Source of the DNA: Antedon mediterranea
Lineage: Eukaryota > Animalia > Echinodermata
NCBI RefSeq assembly: GCF_964355755.1
Contig: NC_092679.1
Span: 8,896,201-8,960,200, forward strand
DNA: 64,000 bases
Direction: 5' to 3'
Shown piece by piece: positions 37,699-52,100 of the stretch. The position numbers were made by a program, and so were the translations under genes. The notes under the pieces were generated by a model. It did not search any database and was not told where the DNA came from. It saw only the letters and a program-made list of their open reading frames with translations. Numbering within the stretch: position 1 is the first letter of the stretch; every line of letters begins with the position of its first letter.

Positions 37699-38324
37699 AG
37701 ACCCCTTCCCTGCAATTTTGGACGTTTTTTGGAAAATAATACATATATATCACTTTAAAAACATTAAACCATGTCATTCCTTGTCTTAAATGTACGTTTT
37801 ATGGTAAATTATGATAAAAAGTGAGAAACAATGCACTACCTAAGTAGCTCGCGGCGATCGACCTCTCGTGGACGGTCTTAGGCCTAGCCTAGCTAGGCTT
37901 AGTTTTGTAGGCCTAGCTGGTAAACATCGATAACGTACGAACATCGTACGCTAGCTATATACCTAGCCTGACGTTGTATAGTTGCTGCATTAATTGTCTT
38001 TCTATTTTTGCCAGACTCCGTTGATACAAATTGGGGAAAACCCGGTATTTTCGCTGAAAAGTTAGGAGTCTTCCATTTGTTTTGGCTTCACGATCGATCG
38101 AAAAGTGGGCGAATTACAGGTGAAAAACAAAAATATCAATCCGCGTGCAATGCATTTTGGGATTTATAGCGGGCCGCTATAATTATTAGAATCGATTTAT
38201 TTTTCACATTTTTAACCGTTTAAAGACGAAAAAAGTTATCGCAATATGACCATATAGTATTATTTTTACATTAAATATAGTTTGTGATCTTAAATTAGAT
38301 CTAAAAAACGTAGGGAATGGGGCT
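37699..38324. mobile_element. Kolobok-like MITE, copy 6
   Basis: Same 626 bp, TTAA at 37695-37698 and 38325-38328. C>T at 38146 is shared with copies 5 and 7. Confidence 0.9.
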
Positions 38325-41300
38325 TTAAGCACTTTGATGTTTTTATGTTAACTAGTTTTTTCGAAAATCACAAAATGGTCTAAAACGTCTCCAAATGTAA
38401 TTTGAAGCTATTCTAAGCACTTGGGTGTTTTTATGTTAACAGTTTTTTCGAAAATCACAAAATGGTCTAAAACGTTTCCAAATGCGATTTGAAGCTATTC
38501 TGTACACTTTGATGCTTTTATGGTAACAAGTTTTTTCAAAAATCACAAAATGGTCTAAAATGTCTCCAAATGCGATTTGAAGCTATTCTAAGCACTTTGG
38601 TGTTTTTATGGAAACAATTTTTTTCGAAAATCACAAAATGGTCTAAAACGTCTCCAATAGCGATTTGAAGCTTTTCTGTACACTTTGGTGTTTTTATGTT
38701 AACAAGTTTTTTCGAAAATCACAAAAGGGTCAAAAATGTCTCTAAATGCGATTTGAAGCTACTCTAAGCACTTTGGTGTTTTTATGTTAACAAGTTTTTT
38801 CGAAAATCACAAAATGGTCTAAAATGTCTCCAAATGCGATTTGAAGCTATTCTGTACACTTTGCTGTTTTGTGTGAAAAATGTTTGTCGAAATCCTCAAA
38901 ATGGTCAAAAACGTTTTTAAATACGATATTAAGCTATTTTTTGCTCTTTGATGTTTTTGTGTGAAAAGTTTTATCGAAATACTCAAAATGGTCTAAAACG
39001 GTTTCTAATGTGATTTTAAGCACTTTGATGTTTTTGTGTAACCAAGTTTTTTCGAAAATCACAAAATGGTCTAAAATGTCTCCAAATGCGATTTGAAGCT
39101 ATTCTAAGCACTTTGGTGTTTTTATGAAAACAATTTTTTTCGAAAATCACAAAATGGTCTAAAACGTCTCCAATAGCAATTTGAAGCTTTTCTGTACACT
39201 TTGGTGTTTTTATGTTAACAAGTTTTTTCGAAAATCACAAAATGGTCTAAAACGTCTCCAAATGCGATTTGAAGCTATTCTGTACACTTTGATGTTTTTA
39301 TGTTCACAAGTTTTTTATAAAATCACAAAATGGTATAAAACGTCTCCAAATGCGATTTGAAGCTATTCTGTACACTTTGATGTTTTTATGTTAACAAGTT
39401 TTTTCGAAAATCACAAAAGGGTCTAAAATGTCTCGAAATGCGATTTGAAGCTATTCTAAGCACTTTGGTGTTTTTATGTTAACAAGTTTTTTCGAAAATC
39501 ACAAAATGGTCTAAAACGTCTCCAAATGCGATTTGAAGCTATTCTAAGCACTTTGGTGTTTTTATGTTAACAAGTTTTTTCGAAAATCACAAAATGGTCT
39601 AAAACGTCTCCAAATGCGATTTGAAGCTGTTTTAAGCACTTTGGTGCTTTTGTGTAACCAAGTTTTTTCGAAAATCACGAAATGGTCTAAAACGTCTCCA
39701 AATGCGATTTGAAGCTATTCTAAGCACTTTGGTGTTTTTACGTTAACAAGTTTTTTCGAAAATCACAAAATGGTCTAAAACGTCTCCAAATGCGATTTGA
39801 AGCTATTCTGTACACTTTGATGTTTTTATGTTAAAAAGTTTTTTCGAAAATCACAAAATGGTCTAAAACATCTACAAATGCGATTTGAAGCTATTCTGTA
39901 CACTTTGATGTTTTTATGTTAACAAGTTTTTTCGAAAATCACAAAATGGTCTAAAACGTTTCCAAATGCGATTTGAAGCTATTCTGTACACTTTTATGTT
40001 TTGTGTGAAAATTTTCTGTCGAAATGCTCAAAATGGTCAAAAACGTTTTTAAATACGATATTAAGCTACTTTGTGCTCTTTGATGTTTTTGTGTGAAATG
40101 TTTTATCGAAATGCTCAAAATGGTCTAAAACGGTTTCTAATGTGATTTCAAGCACTTTGATGTTTTTGTGTAACCAAGTTTTTTCGAAAATCACAAAATG
40201 GTCTAAAACGTCTCCAAATGCGATTTGAAGCTATTTTAAGCACTTTGGTGCTTTTGTGTAACCAAGTTTTTTCGAAAATCACGAAATGGTCTAAAACGTC
40301 TCCAACTGCGATTTGAAGCTATTCTAAGCACTTTGGTGTTTTTACGTTAACAAGTTTTTTCGAAAATCACAAAATGGTCTAAAACGTCTCCAAATGCGAT
40401 TTGAAGCTATTCTGTACACTTTGATGTTTTTATGTTAACAAGTTTTTTCGAAAATCACAAAATGGTCTAAAACGTCTCCAAATGCGATTTAAAGCTATTT
40501 TAAGCACTTTTGTGTTTTTGTGTAACCAAGTTTTTTCGAAAATCACAAAAGGGTCTAAAATTTCTGTAAATGCGATTTGAAGCTATTTAAAGCACTTTGG
40601 TGTTTTTAGGTTAACAAGTTTTTTCGAAAATCACAAAATGGTCTAAAACGTCTCCAAATGCGATTTGAAGCTATTTTAAGCACTTTGGTGTTTTTGTGTT
40701 AACAAGTTTTTCGAAATGCTCAAAATGGTCTAAAACGTCTCCAAATGCGATTTGAAGCTATTCTAAGCACTTTGGTGTTTTTATGTTAACAAGTTTTTTC
40801 GAGAATCACAAAATGGTCTAAAACGTCTCCAAATGCGATTTGAAGCTATTTTAAGCACTTTGGTGTTTTTGTGTTAACAAGTTTTTCGAAAATCACAAAA
40901 TGGTGTAAAACGTCTCCAAATGCGATTTGAAGCTATTCTAAGCACTTTGGTGTTTTTATGTTAACAAGTTTTTTCGAAAATCACAAAATGGTGTAAAACT
41001 TCTCCAAATACGATTTTAAGCTATTCTAAGCAATTTGGTGTTTTTATGTTAACAAGTTTTTTCGAAAATCACAAAATGGTCTAAAACGTCTCCAAATGCG
41101 ATTTGAAGTTATTCTGTACACTTTGTTGTTTTGTGAGAATAATTTTTGTCGAAATGCTCAAAATGGTCAAAAACGTTTTTAAATACGATATTAAGCTATT
41201 TTGTGCTCTTTGATGTTTTTGTGTGAAAAGTTTTATCGAAATGCTCAAAATGGTCTAAAACGGTTTCTAATGTGATTTTAAGCACTTTGATGTTTTTATG

Positions 41301-44300
41301 TTAACAACTTTTTTAGAAAATTACAAAATGGTGTAAAACGTCTCCAAATGCAATTTGAAGCTATTCTAAGCAATTTGGTGTTTTTATGTTAACAAGTTTT
41401 TTCGAAAATCACAAAAAGGTCTAAAATGTCTCCAAATGTGATTTGAAGCTATTTTAAGCACTTTGGTGTTTTTGTGTTAACAAGTTTTTCGAAAATCACA
41501 AAATTGTCTAAAACGTCTCCAAATGCGATTTGAAGCTATTCTGTACACTTTGATGTTTTTATGTTAACAAGTATTTTAGAAAATCACAAAATGGTCTATA
41601 ATGTCTCTAAATGCGATTTGAAGCTATTCTAAGCACTTTGGTGTTTTTATGTTAACAAGTTTTTTTCGAAAATCACAAAATGGTCTAAAACGTCTCCAAA
41701 TGCGATTTGAAGCTATTTTAAGCACTTTGGTGTTTTTGTGTTAACAAGTTTTTCGAAATGCTCAAAATGGTCTAAAACGTCTCCAAATGCGATTTGAAGC
41801 TATTCTAAGCACTTTGGTGTTTTTATGTTAACAAGTTTTTTCGAAAATCACAAAATGGTCTAAAACGTCTCCAAATGCGGTTTTAAGCTATTCTGTACAC
41901 TTTGGTGTTTTTATGTTAACAAGTTTTTTTCGAAAATCACAAAATGGTCTAAAACGTCTCCAAATGCGATTTGAAGCTATTCTGTACACTTTGATGTTTT
42001 TATGTTAACAAGTTTTTTCGAAAATCACAAAATGGTCTAAAACGTCTACAAATGCGATTTGAAGCTATTCTAAGCACTTTTGTGTTTTTATGTTAACAAG
42101 TTTTTTCGAAAATCACAAAATGGTCTAAAACGTCTGCAAATGCGATTTGAAGCTATTCTTAGCACATTGGTGTTTTTATTTAAACAAATTTTTTCGAAAC
42201 TCACAAAATGGTCTAAAACGTCTCCAAATGCGATTTGAAGCTATTTTAAGCACTTTGGTGTTTTTGTGTTAACAAGTTTTTCTAAATGCTCAAAATGGTC
42301 TAAAACGTTTTTAAACACGATATTAAGCTATTTTGTGCTCTTTGATGTTTTTTTGTGAAAAGTTTTAGCGAAATGCTCAAAATGGTCTAAAACGATTTCT
42401 AATGTGATTTTAAGCACTTTGATGTTTTTATGTTAACTAGTTTTTTCGAAAATCAAAAATGGTCTAAAACGTCTCCAAATGTGATTTGAAGCTATTCTAA
42501 GCACTTTGGTGTTTTTATGTTAACAGTTTTTTCGAAAATCACAAAATGGTCTAAAACGTTTCCAAATGCGATTTGAAGCTATTCTGTACACTTTGATGTT
42601 TTTATGGTAACAAGTTTTTTAGAAAATCACAAAATGGTCTAAAACATCTCCAAATGCGATTTAAAGCTATTTTAAGCACTTTTGTGTTTTTGTGTAACCA
42701 AGTTTTTTCGAAAATCACAAAAGGGTCTAAAATGTCTCTAAATGCGATTTGAAGCTACTCTAAGCACTTTGGTGTTTTTATGTTAACAAGTTTTTTCGAA
42801 AATCAATAAATGGTCTAAAATTTCTCCAAATGCGATTTGAAGCTATTCTGTACACTTTACTGTTTTGTGTGAAAAATGTTTGTCGAAATCCTCAAAATGG
42901 TCAAAAACGTTTTTAAATACGATATTAAGCTATTTTGTGCTCTTTGATGTTTTTGTGTGAAAAGTTTTATCGAAATACTCAAAATGGTCTAAAACGGTTT
43001 CTAATGTGATTTTAAGCACTTTGATGTTTTTGTGTAACCAAGTTTTTTCGAAAATCACAAAATGGTCTAAAATGTCTCCAAATGCGATTTGAAGCTATTC
43101 TAAGCACTTTGGTGTTTTTATGGAAACAATTTTTTTCGAAAATCACAAAATGGTCTAAAACGTCTCCAATAGCAATTTGAAGCTTTTCTGTACACTTTGG
43201 TGTTTTTATGTTAACAAGTTTTTTCGAAAATCACAAAATGGTCTAAAACGTCTCCCAATGCGATTTGAAGCTATTCTGTACACTTTGATGTTTTTATGTT
43301 AACAAGTTTTTTTATAAAATCACAAAATGGTCTAAAACGTCTCCAAATGCGATTTGAAGCTATTCTGTACACTTTGATGTTTTTATGTTAACAAGTTTTT
43401 TCGAAAATCACAAAATGGTCTAAAACGTCTCCAAATGCGATTTGAAGCTATTTTAAGCACTTTGGTGTTTTTGTGTTCACAAGTTTTTCGAAATGCTCAA
43501 AATGGTCTAAAACGTATCCAAATGCGATTTGAAGCTATTCTAAGCACTTTGGTGTTTTTATGTTAACAAGTTTTTTCGAAAATCACAAAATGGTCTAAAA
43601 CGTCTCCAAATGCGATTTGAAGCTATTCTGTACACTTTGATGTTTTTATGTTAACAAGTTTTTTCGAAAATCACAAAATGGTCTAAAACGTTTCCAAATG
43701 CGATTTGAAGCTATTCTGTACACTTTGATGTTTTGTGTGAAAATTTTCTGTCGAAATGCTCAAAATGGTCAAAAACGTTTTTAAATACGATATTAAGCTA
43801 CTTTGTGCTCTTTGATGTTTTTGTGTGAAATGTTTTATCGAAATGCTCAAAATGGTCTAAAACGGTTTCTAATGTGATTTCAAGCACTTTGATGTTTTTG
43901 TGTAACCAAGTTTTTCGAAAATCACAAAATTGTCTAAAACGTCTCCAAATGCGATTTGAAGCTATTCTGTACACTTTGATGTTTTTATGTTAACAAGTTT
44001 TTCGAAAATCACAAAATGGTCTAAAACGTCTCCAAATGCGATTTTAAGCTATTCTAAGCACTTTGGTGTTTTTATGTTAACAAGTTTTTTTGAAAATCAC
44101 AAAATGTTCTAAAACGTCTCTAAATGCGATTTGAAGCTTTTCTGTACACTTTGATGTTTTTATGTTAACAACTTTTTTCGAAAATCACAAAATGGTCTAA
44201 AATGTCTCCAAATGCGATTTGAAGCTATTCTAAGCACTTTGGTGTTTTTATGGAAACAATTTTTTTCGAAAATCACAAAATGGTCTAAAACGTCTACATT

Positions 44301-45527
44301 AGCGATTTGAAGCTTTTCTGTACACTTTGGTGTTTTTATGTTAACAAGTTTTTTCGAAAATCACAAAATGGTCTAAAACGTCTCCAAATGCGATTTGAAG
44401 CTATTTTAAGCACTTTGGTGTTTTTATCTTAACAAGTTTTTTCGAAAATCACAAAATGGTCTAAAACGTCTCCAAATGCGATTTGAAGCTATTCTAAGCA
44501 CTTTGGTGTTTTTATGTTAACAAGTTTTTTCAAAAATCACAAAACGGTCTAAAACGTCTCCAAATGCGATTTGAAGCTATTCTGTACACTTTGATGTTTT
44601 TATGTTAACAAGTTTTTTCAAAAATCACAAAATGGTCTAAAACGTTTCCAAATGCGATTTGAAGCTATTCAAATAGCATTTGATGTTTTGTGTGAAAATT
44701 TTCTGTCGAAATGCTCAAAATGGTCAAAAACGTTTTTAAATACGATATTAAGCTACTTTGTGCTCTTTGATGTTTTTGTGTGAAAAGTTTTATCGAAATG
44801 CTCAAAATGGTCTAAAACGGTTGCTAATGTGATTTCAAGCACTTTGATGTTTTTGTGTAACCAAGTTTTTCGAAAATCACAAAATTGTCTAAAACGTCTC
44901 CAAATGCGATTTGAAGCTATTCTGTACACTTTGATGTTTTTATGTTAACAAGTTTTTCGAAAATCACAAAATGGTCTAAAACGTCTCCAAATGCGATTTG
45001 AAGCTAATCTTAGCACTTTGGTGTTTTTATGTTAACAAGTTTTTTTGAAAATCACAAAATGGTCTAAAACGTCTCCAAATGCGATTTGAAGCTATTCTGT
45101 ACACTTTGATGTTTTTATGTTAACAAGTTTTTTCGAAAATCAAAAATGGTCTAAAACGTCTACAAATGCGATTTGAAGCTATTCTAAGCACTTTTGTGTT
45201 TTTATGTTAACAAGTTTTTTCGAAAATCACAAAATGGTCTAAAACGTCTGCAAATGCGATTTGAAGCTATTCTTAGCACATTGGTGTTTTTATTTAAACA
45301 AATTTTTTCGAAACTCACAAAATGGTCTAAAACGTCTCCAAATGCGATTTGAAGCTATTTTAAGCACTTTGGTGTTTTTGTGTTAACAAGTTTTTCGAAA
45401 TGCTCAAAATGGTCTAAAACGTTTTTAAACACGATATTAAGCTATTTTGTGCTCTTTGATGTTTTTTTGTGAAAAGTTTTAGCGAAATGCTCAAAATGGT
45501 GTAAAACGATTTCTAATGTGATTTTAA

Positions 45528-46153
45528 AGACCCCTTCCCTGCAATTTTGGACGTTTTTTGGAAAATAATACATATATATCACTTTAAAAACATTAAACCA
45601 TGTCATTCCTTGTCTTAAATGTACGTTTTATGGTAAATTATGATAAAAAGTGAGAAACAATGCACTACCTAAGTAGCTCGCGGCGATCGACCTCTCGTGG
45701 ACGGTCTTAGGCCTAGCCTAGCTAGGCTTAGTTTTGTAGGCCTAGCTGGTAAACATCGATAACGTACGAACATCGTACGCTAGCTATATACCTAGCCTGA
45801 CGTTGTATAGTTGCTGCATTAATTGTCTTTCTATTTTTGCCAGACTCCGTTGATACAAATTGGGGAAAACCCGGTATTTTCGCTGAAAAGTTAGGAGTCT
45901 TCCATTTGTTTTGGCTTTACGATCGATCGAAAAGTGGGCGAATTACAGGTGAAAAACAAAAATATCAATCCGCGTGCAATGCATTTTGGGATTTATAGCG
46001 GGCCGCTATAATTATTAGAATCGATTTATTTTTCACATTTTTAACCGTTTAAAGACGAAAAAAGTTATCGCAATATGACCATATAGTATTATTTTTACAT
46101 TAAATATAGTTTGTGATCTTAAATTAGATCTAAAAAACGTAGGGAATGGGGCT
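45528..46153. mobile_element. Kolobok-like MITE, copy 7
   Basis: Same 626 bp, TTAA at 45524-45527 and 46154-46157. C>T at 45918 and 45975, both shared with copy 5. Confidence 0.9.
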
Positions 46154-49100
46154 TTAAGCACTTTGATGTTTTTATGTTAACTAGTTTTTTCGAAAATCAC
46201 AAAATGGTCTAAAACGTCTCCAAATGTAATTTGAAGCTATTCTAAGCACTTGGGTGTTTTTATGTTAACAGTTTTTTCGAAAATCACAAAATGGTCTAAA
46301 ACGTTTCCAAATGCGATTTGAAGCTATTCTGTACACTTTGATGCTTTTATGGTAACAAGTTTTTTCAAAAATCACAAAATGGTCTAAAATGTCTCCAAAT
46401 GCGACTTGAAGCTATTCTAAGCACTTTGGTGTTTTTATGGAAACAATTTTTTTCGAAAATCACAAAATGGTCTAAAACGTCTCCAATAGCGATTTGAAGC
46501 TTTTCTGTACACTTTGGTGTTTTTATGTTAACAAGTTTTTTCGAAAATCACAAAATGGTCTAAAACGTTTCCAAATGCGATTTGAAGCTATTCTGTACAC
46601 TTTGATGCTTTTATGGTAACAAGTTTTTTAGAAAATCACAAAATGGTCTAAAACATCTCCAAATGCGATTTAAAGCTATTTTAAGCACTTTTGTGTTTTT
46701 GTGTAACCAAGTTTTTTCGAAAATCACAAAAGGGTCAAAAATGTCTCTAAATGCGATTTGAAGCTACTCTAAGCACTTTGGTGTTTTTATGTTAACAAGT
46801 TTTTTCGAAAATCACAAAATGGTCTAAAATGTCTCCAAATGCGATTTGAAGCTATTCTGTACACTTTGCTGTTTTGTGTGAAAAATGTTTGTCGAAATCC
46901 TCAAAATGGTCAAAAACGTTTTTAAATACGATATTAAGCTATTTTTTGCTCTTTGATGTTTTTGTGTGAAAAGTTTTATCGAAATACTCAAAATGGTCTA
47001 AAACGGTTTCTAATGTGATTTTAAGCACTTTGATGTTTTTGTGTAACCAAGTTTTTTCGAAAATCACAAAATGGTCTAAAATGTCTCCAAATGCGATTTG
47101 AAGCTATTCTAAGCACTTTGGTGTTTTTATGAAAACAATTTTTTTCGAAAATCACAAAATGGTCTAAAACGTCTCCAATAGCAATTTGAAGCTTTTCTGT
47201 ACACTTTGGTGTTTTTATGTTAACAAGTTTTTTCGAAAATCACAAAATGGTCTAAAACGTCTCCAAATGCGATTTGAAGCTATTCTGTACACTTTGATGT
47301 TTTTATGTTCACAAGTTTTTTATAAAATCACAAAATGGTATAAAACGTCTCCAAATGCGATTTGAAGCTATTCTGTACACTTTGATGTTTTTATGTTAAC
47401 AAGTTTTTTCGAAAATCACAAAAGGGTCTAAAATGTCTCGAAATGCGATTTGAAGCTATTCTAAGCACTTTGGTGTTTTTATGTTAACAAGTTTTTTCGA
47501 AAATCACAAAATGGTCTAAAACGTCTCCAAATGCGATTTGAAGCTATTCTAAGCACTTTGGTGTTTTTATATTAACAAGTTTTTTCGAAAATCACAAAAT
47601 GGTCTAAAACGTCTCCAAATGCGATTTGAAGCTATTTTAAGCACTTTGGTGCTTTTGTGTAACCAAGTTTTTTCGAAAATCACGAAATGGTCTAAAACGT
47701 CTCCAAATGCGATTTGAAGCTATTCTAAGCACTTTGGTGTTTTTACGTTAACAAGTTTTTTCGAAAATCACAAAATGGTCTAAAACGTCTCCAAATGCGA
47801 TTTGAAGCTATTCTGTACACTTTGATGTTTTTATGTTAACAAGTTTTTTCGAAAATCACAAAATGGTCTAAAACGTCTCCAAATGCGATTTAAAGCTATT
47901 TTAAGCACTTTTGTGTTTTTGTGTAACCAAGTTTTTTCGAAAATCACAAAAGGGTCTAAAATTTCTGTAAATGCGATTTGAAGCTATTTAAAGCACTTTG
48001 GTGTTTTTAGGTTAACAAGTTTTTTCGAAAATCACAAAATGGTCTAAAACGTCTACAAATGCGATTTGAAGCTATTCTAAGCACTTTTGTGTTTTTATGT
48101 TAACAAGTTTTTTCGAGAATCACAAAATGGTCTAAAACGTCTCCAAATGCGATTTGAAGCTATTTTAAGCACTTTGGTGTTTTTGTGTTAACAAGTTTTT
48201 CGAAATGCTCAAAATGGTCTAAAACGTCTCCAAATGCGATTTGAAGCTATTCTAAGCACTTTGGTGTTTTTATGTTAACAAGTTTTTTCGAAAATCACAA
48301 AATGGTATAAAACGTCTCCAAATGCGATTTGAAGCTATTCTAAGCACTTTGGTGTTTTTATGTTAACAAGTTTTTTCGAAAATCATAAAATGGTCTAAAA
48401 CGTTTCCAAATGCGATTTCAAGCTATTCTGTACACTTTGATGTTTTGTGTGAAAATTTTCTTTCGAAATGCTCAAAATGGTCAAAAACGTTTTTAAATAC
48501 GATATTAAGCTACTTTGTGCTCTTTGATGTTTTTGTGTGAAATGTTTTATCGAAATGCTCAAAATGTTCTAAAACGGTTTCTAATGTGATTTCAAGCACT
48601 TTGATGTTTTTGTGTAACCAAGTTTTTCGAAAATCACAAAATTGTCTAAAACGTCTCCAAATGCGATTTGAAGCTATTCTGTACACTTTGATGTTTTTAT
48701 GTTAACAAGTTTTTCGAAAATCACAAAATGGTCTAAAACGTCTCCAAATGCGATTTTAAGCTATTCTAAGCACTTTGGTGTTTTTATGTTAACAAGTTTT
48801 TTTGAAAATCACAAAATGGTCTAAAACGTCTCTAAATGCGATTTGAAGCTTTTCTGTACACTTTGATGTTTTTATGTTAACAACTTTTTTCGAAAATCAC
48901 AAAATGGTCTAAAATGTCTCCAAATGCGATTTGAAGCTATTCTAAGCACTTTGGTGTTTTTATGGAAACAATTTTTTTCGAAAATCACAAAATGGTCTAA
49001 AACGTCTCCAATAGCGATTTGAAGCTTTTCTTTACACTTTGGTGTTTTTATGTTAACAAGTTTTTTCGAAAATCACAAAATGGTCTAAAACGTCTCCAAA

Positions 49101-52100
49101 TGCGATTTGAAGCTATTCTGTACACTTTGATGTTTTTATGTTAACAAGTGTTTTCGAAAATCACAAAATGGTCTAAAACGTCTACAAATGCGATTTGAAG
49201 CTATTCTAAGCACTTTTGTGTTTTTATGTTAACAAGTTTTTTCGAAAATCACAAAAATAAATGGTCTAAAAGGTCTGCAAATGCGATTTGAAACTATTCT
49301 TAGCACATTGGTGTTTTTATTTAAACAAATTTTTTCGAAACTCACAAAATGGTCTAAAACGTCTCCAAATGCGATTTGAAGCTATTTTAAGCACTTTGGT
49401 GTTTTTGTGTTAACAAGTTTTTCGAAATGCTCAAAATGGTCTAAAACGTTTTTAAACACGATATTAAGCTATTTTGTGCTCTTTGATGTTTTTTTGTGAA
49501 AAGTTTTAGCAAAATGCTCAAAATGGTCTAAAACGATTTCTAATGTGATTTTAAGCACTTTGATGTTTTTATGTTAACTAGTTTTTTCGAAAATCACAAA
49601 ATGGTCTAAAACGTCTCCAAATGCGATTTGAAGCTATTTTAAGCACTTAGGTGCTTTTGTGTAACCAAGTTTTTTTGAAAATCACAAAAGGGTCTAAAAT
49701 GTCTCCAAATGTGATTTGAAGCTATTTTAAGCACTTTGGTGTTTTTGTGTTAACAAGTTTTTCGAAAATCACAAAATTGTCTAAAACGTCTCCAAATGCG
49801 ATTTGAAGCTATTCTTTACACTTTGATGTTTTTATGTTAACAAGTTTTTTAGAAAATCACAAAATGGTCTAAAACATCTCCAAATGCGATTTAAAGCTAT
49901 TTTAAGCACTTTGGTGTTTTTGTGTTAACAAGTTTTTCTAAATGCTCAAAATGGTCTAAAACGTTTTTAAACACGATATTAAGCTATTTTGTGCTCTTTG
50001 ATGTTTTTTTGTGAAAAGTTTTAGCGAAATGCTCAAAATGGTCTAAAACGATTTCTAATGTGATTTTAAGCACTTTGATGTTTTTATGTTAACTAGTTTT
50101 TTCGAAAATCAAAAATGGTCTAAAACGTCTCCAAATGTGATTTGAAGCTATTCTAAGCACTTTGGTGTTTTTATGTTAACAGTTTTTTCGAAAATCACAA
50201 AATGGTCTAAAACGTTTCCAAATGCGATTTGAAGCTATTCTGTACACTTTGATGTTTTTATGGTAACAAGTTTTTTAGAAAATCACAAAATGGTCTAAAA
50301 CATCTCCAAATGCGATTTAAAGCTATTTTAAGCACTTTTGTGTTTTTGTGTAACCAAGTTTTTTCGAAAATCACAAAAGGGTCTAAAATGTCTCTAAATG
50401 CGATTTGAAGCTACTCTAAGCACTTTGGTGTTTTTATGTTAACAAGTTTTTTCGAAAATCAATAAATGGTCTAAAATTTCTCCAAATGCGATTTGAAGCT
50501 ATTCTGTACACTTTACTGTTTTGTGTGAAAAATGTTTGTCGAAATCCTCAAAATGGTCAAAAACGTTTTTAAATACGATATTAAGCTATTTTGTGCTCTT
50601 TGATGTTTTTGTGTGAAAAGTTTTATCGAAATACTCAAAATGGTCTAAAACGGTTTCTAATGTGATTTTAAGCACTTTGATGTTTTTGTGTAACCAAGTT
50701 TTTTCGAAAATCACAAAATGGTCTAAAATGTCTCCAAATGCGATTTGAAGCTATTCTAAGCACTTTGGTGTTTTTATGGAAACAATTTTTTTCGAAAATC
50801 ACAAAATGGTCTAAAACGTCTCCAATAGCAATTTGAAGCTTTTCTGTACACTTTGGTGTTTTTATGTTAACAAGTTTTTTCGAAAATCACAAAATGGTCT
50901 AAAACGTCTCCCAATGCGATTTGAAGCTATTCTGTACACTTTGATGTTTTTATGTTAACAAGTTTTTTATAAAATCACAAAATGGTCTAAAACGTCTCCA
51001 AATGCGATTTGAAGCTATTCTGTACACTTTGATGTTTTTATGTTAACAAGTTTTTTCGAAAATCACAAAATGGTCTAAAACGTCTCCAAATGCGATTTGA
51101 AGCTATTTTAAGCACTTTGGTGTTTTTGTGTTAACAAGTTTTTCGAAATGCTCAAAATGGTCTAAAACGTCTCCAAATGCGATTTGAAGCTATTCTAAGC
51201 ACTTTGGTGTTTTTATGTTAACAAGTTTTTTCGAAAATCACAAAATGGTCTAAAACGTTTCCAAATGCGATTTGAAGCTATTCTGTACACTTTGATGTTT
51301 TGTGTGAAAATTTTCTTTCGAAATGCTCAAAATGGTCAAAAACGTTTTTAAATACGATATTAAGCTACTTTGTGCTCTTTGATGTTTTTGTGTGAAATGT
51401 TTTATCGAAATGCTCAAAATGGTCTAAAACGGTTTCTAATGTGATTTCAAGCACTTTGATGTTTTTGTGTAACCAAGTTTTTCGAAAATCACAAAATTGT
51501 CTAAAACGTCTCCAAATGCGATTTGAAGCTATTCTGTACACTTTGATGTTTTTATGTTAACAAGTTTTTCGAAAATCACAAAATGGTCTAAAACGTCTCC
51601 AAATGCGATTTTAAGCTATTCTAAGCACTTTGGTGTTTTTATGTTAACAAGTTTTTTTGAAAATCACAAAATGGTCTAAAACGTCTCTAAATGCGATTTG
51701 AAGCTTTTCTGTACACTTTGATGTTTTTATGTTAACAACTTTTTTCGAAAATCACAAAATGGTCTAAAATGTCTCCAAATGCGATTTGAAGCTATTCTAA
51801 GCACTTTGGTGTTTTTATGGAAACAATTTTTTTCGAAAATCACAAAATGGTCTAAAACGTCTCCAATAGCGATTTGAAGCTTTTCTGTACACTTTGGTGT
51901 TTTTATGTTAACAAGTTTTTTCGAAAATCACAAAATGGTCTAAAACGTCTCCAAATGCGATTTGAAGCTATTCTGTACACTTTGATGTTTTTATGTTAAC
52001 TAGTTTTTTCGAAAATCACAAAATGGTCTAAAACGTCTACAAATGCGATTTGAAGCTATTCTGTACACTTTGATGTTTTTATGTTAACAAGTTTTTTCGA

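Larger units (their letters stand above)
24880..47600 (+). repeat. Three copies of a block of about 4 kb containing the MITE (about 24880-29000, 35730-39700, 43470-47600; boundaries approximate)
   Basis: Shared markers are CGTATCC (24922/35775/43516), the hairpin variant (26055/36908/44649) and MITE copies 5/6/7. Offsets are 10853 and 18594. Confidence 0.85.

Noticed and set aside
1270-46157. Repeated site-specific (targeted) transposition into the satellite
   Set aside because: Shared private flanking SNPs and offsets matching the surrounding duplicated blocks favour one insertion followed by duplication.
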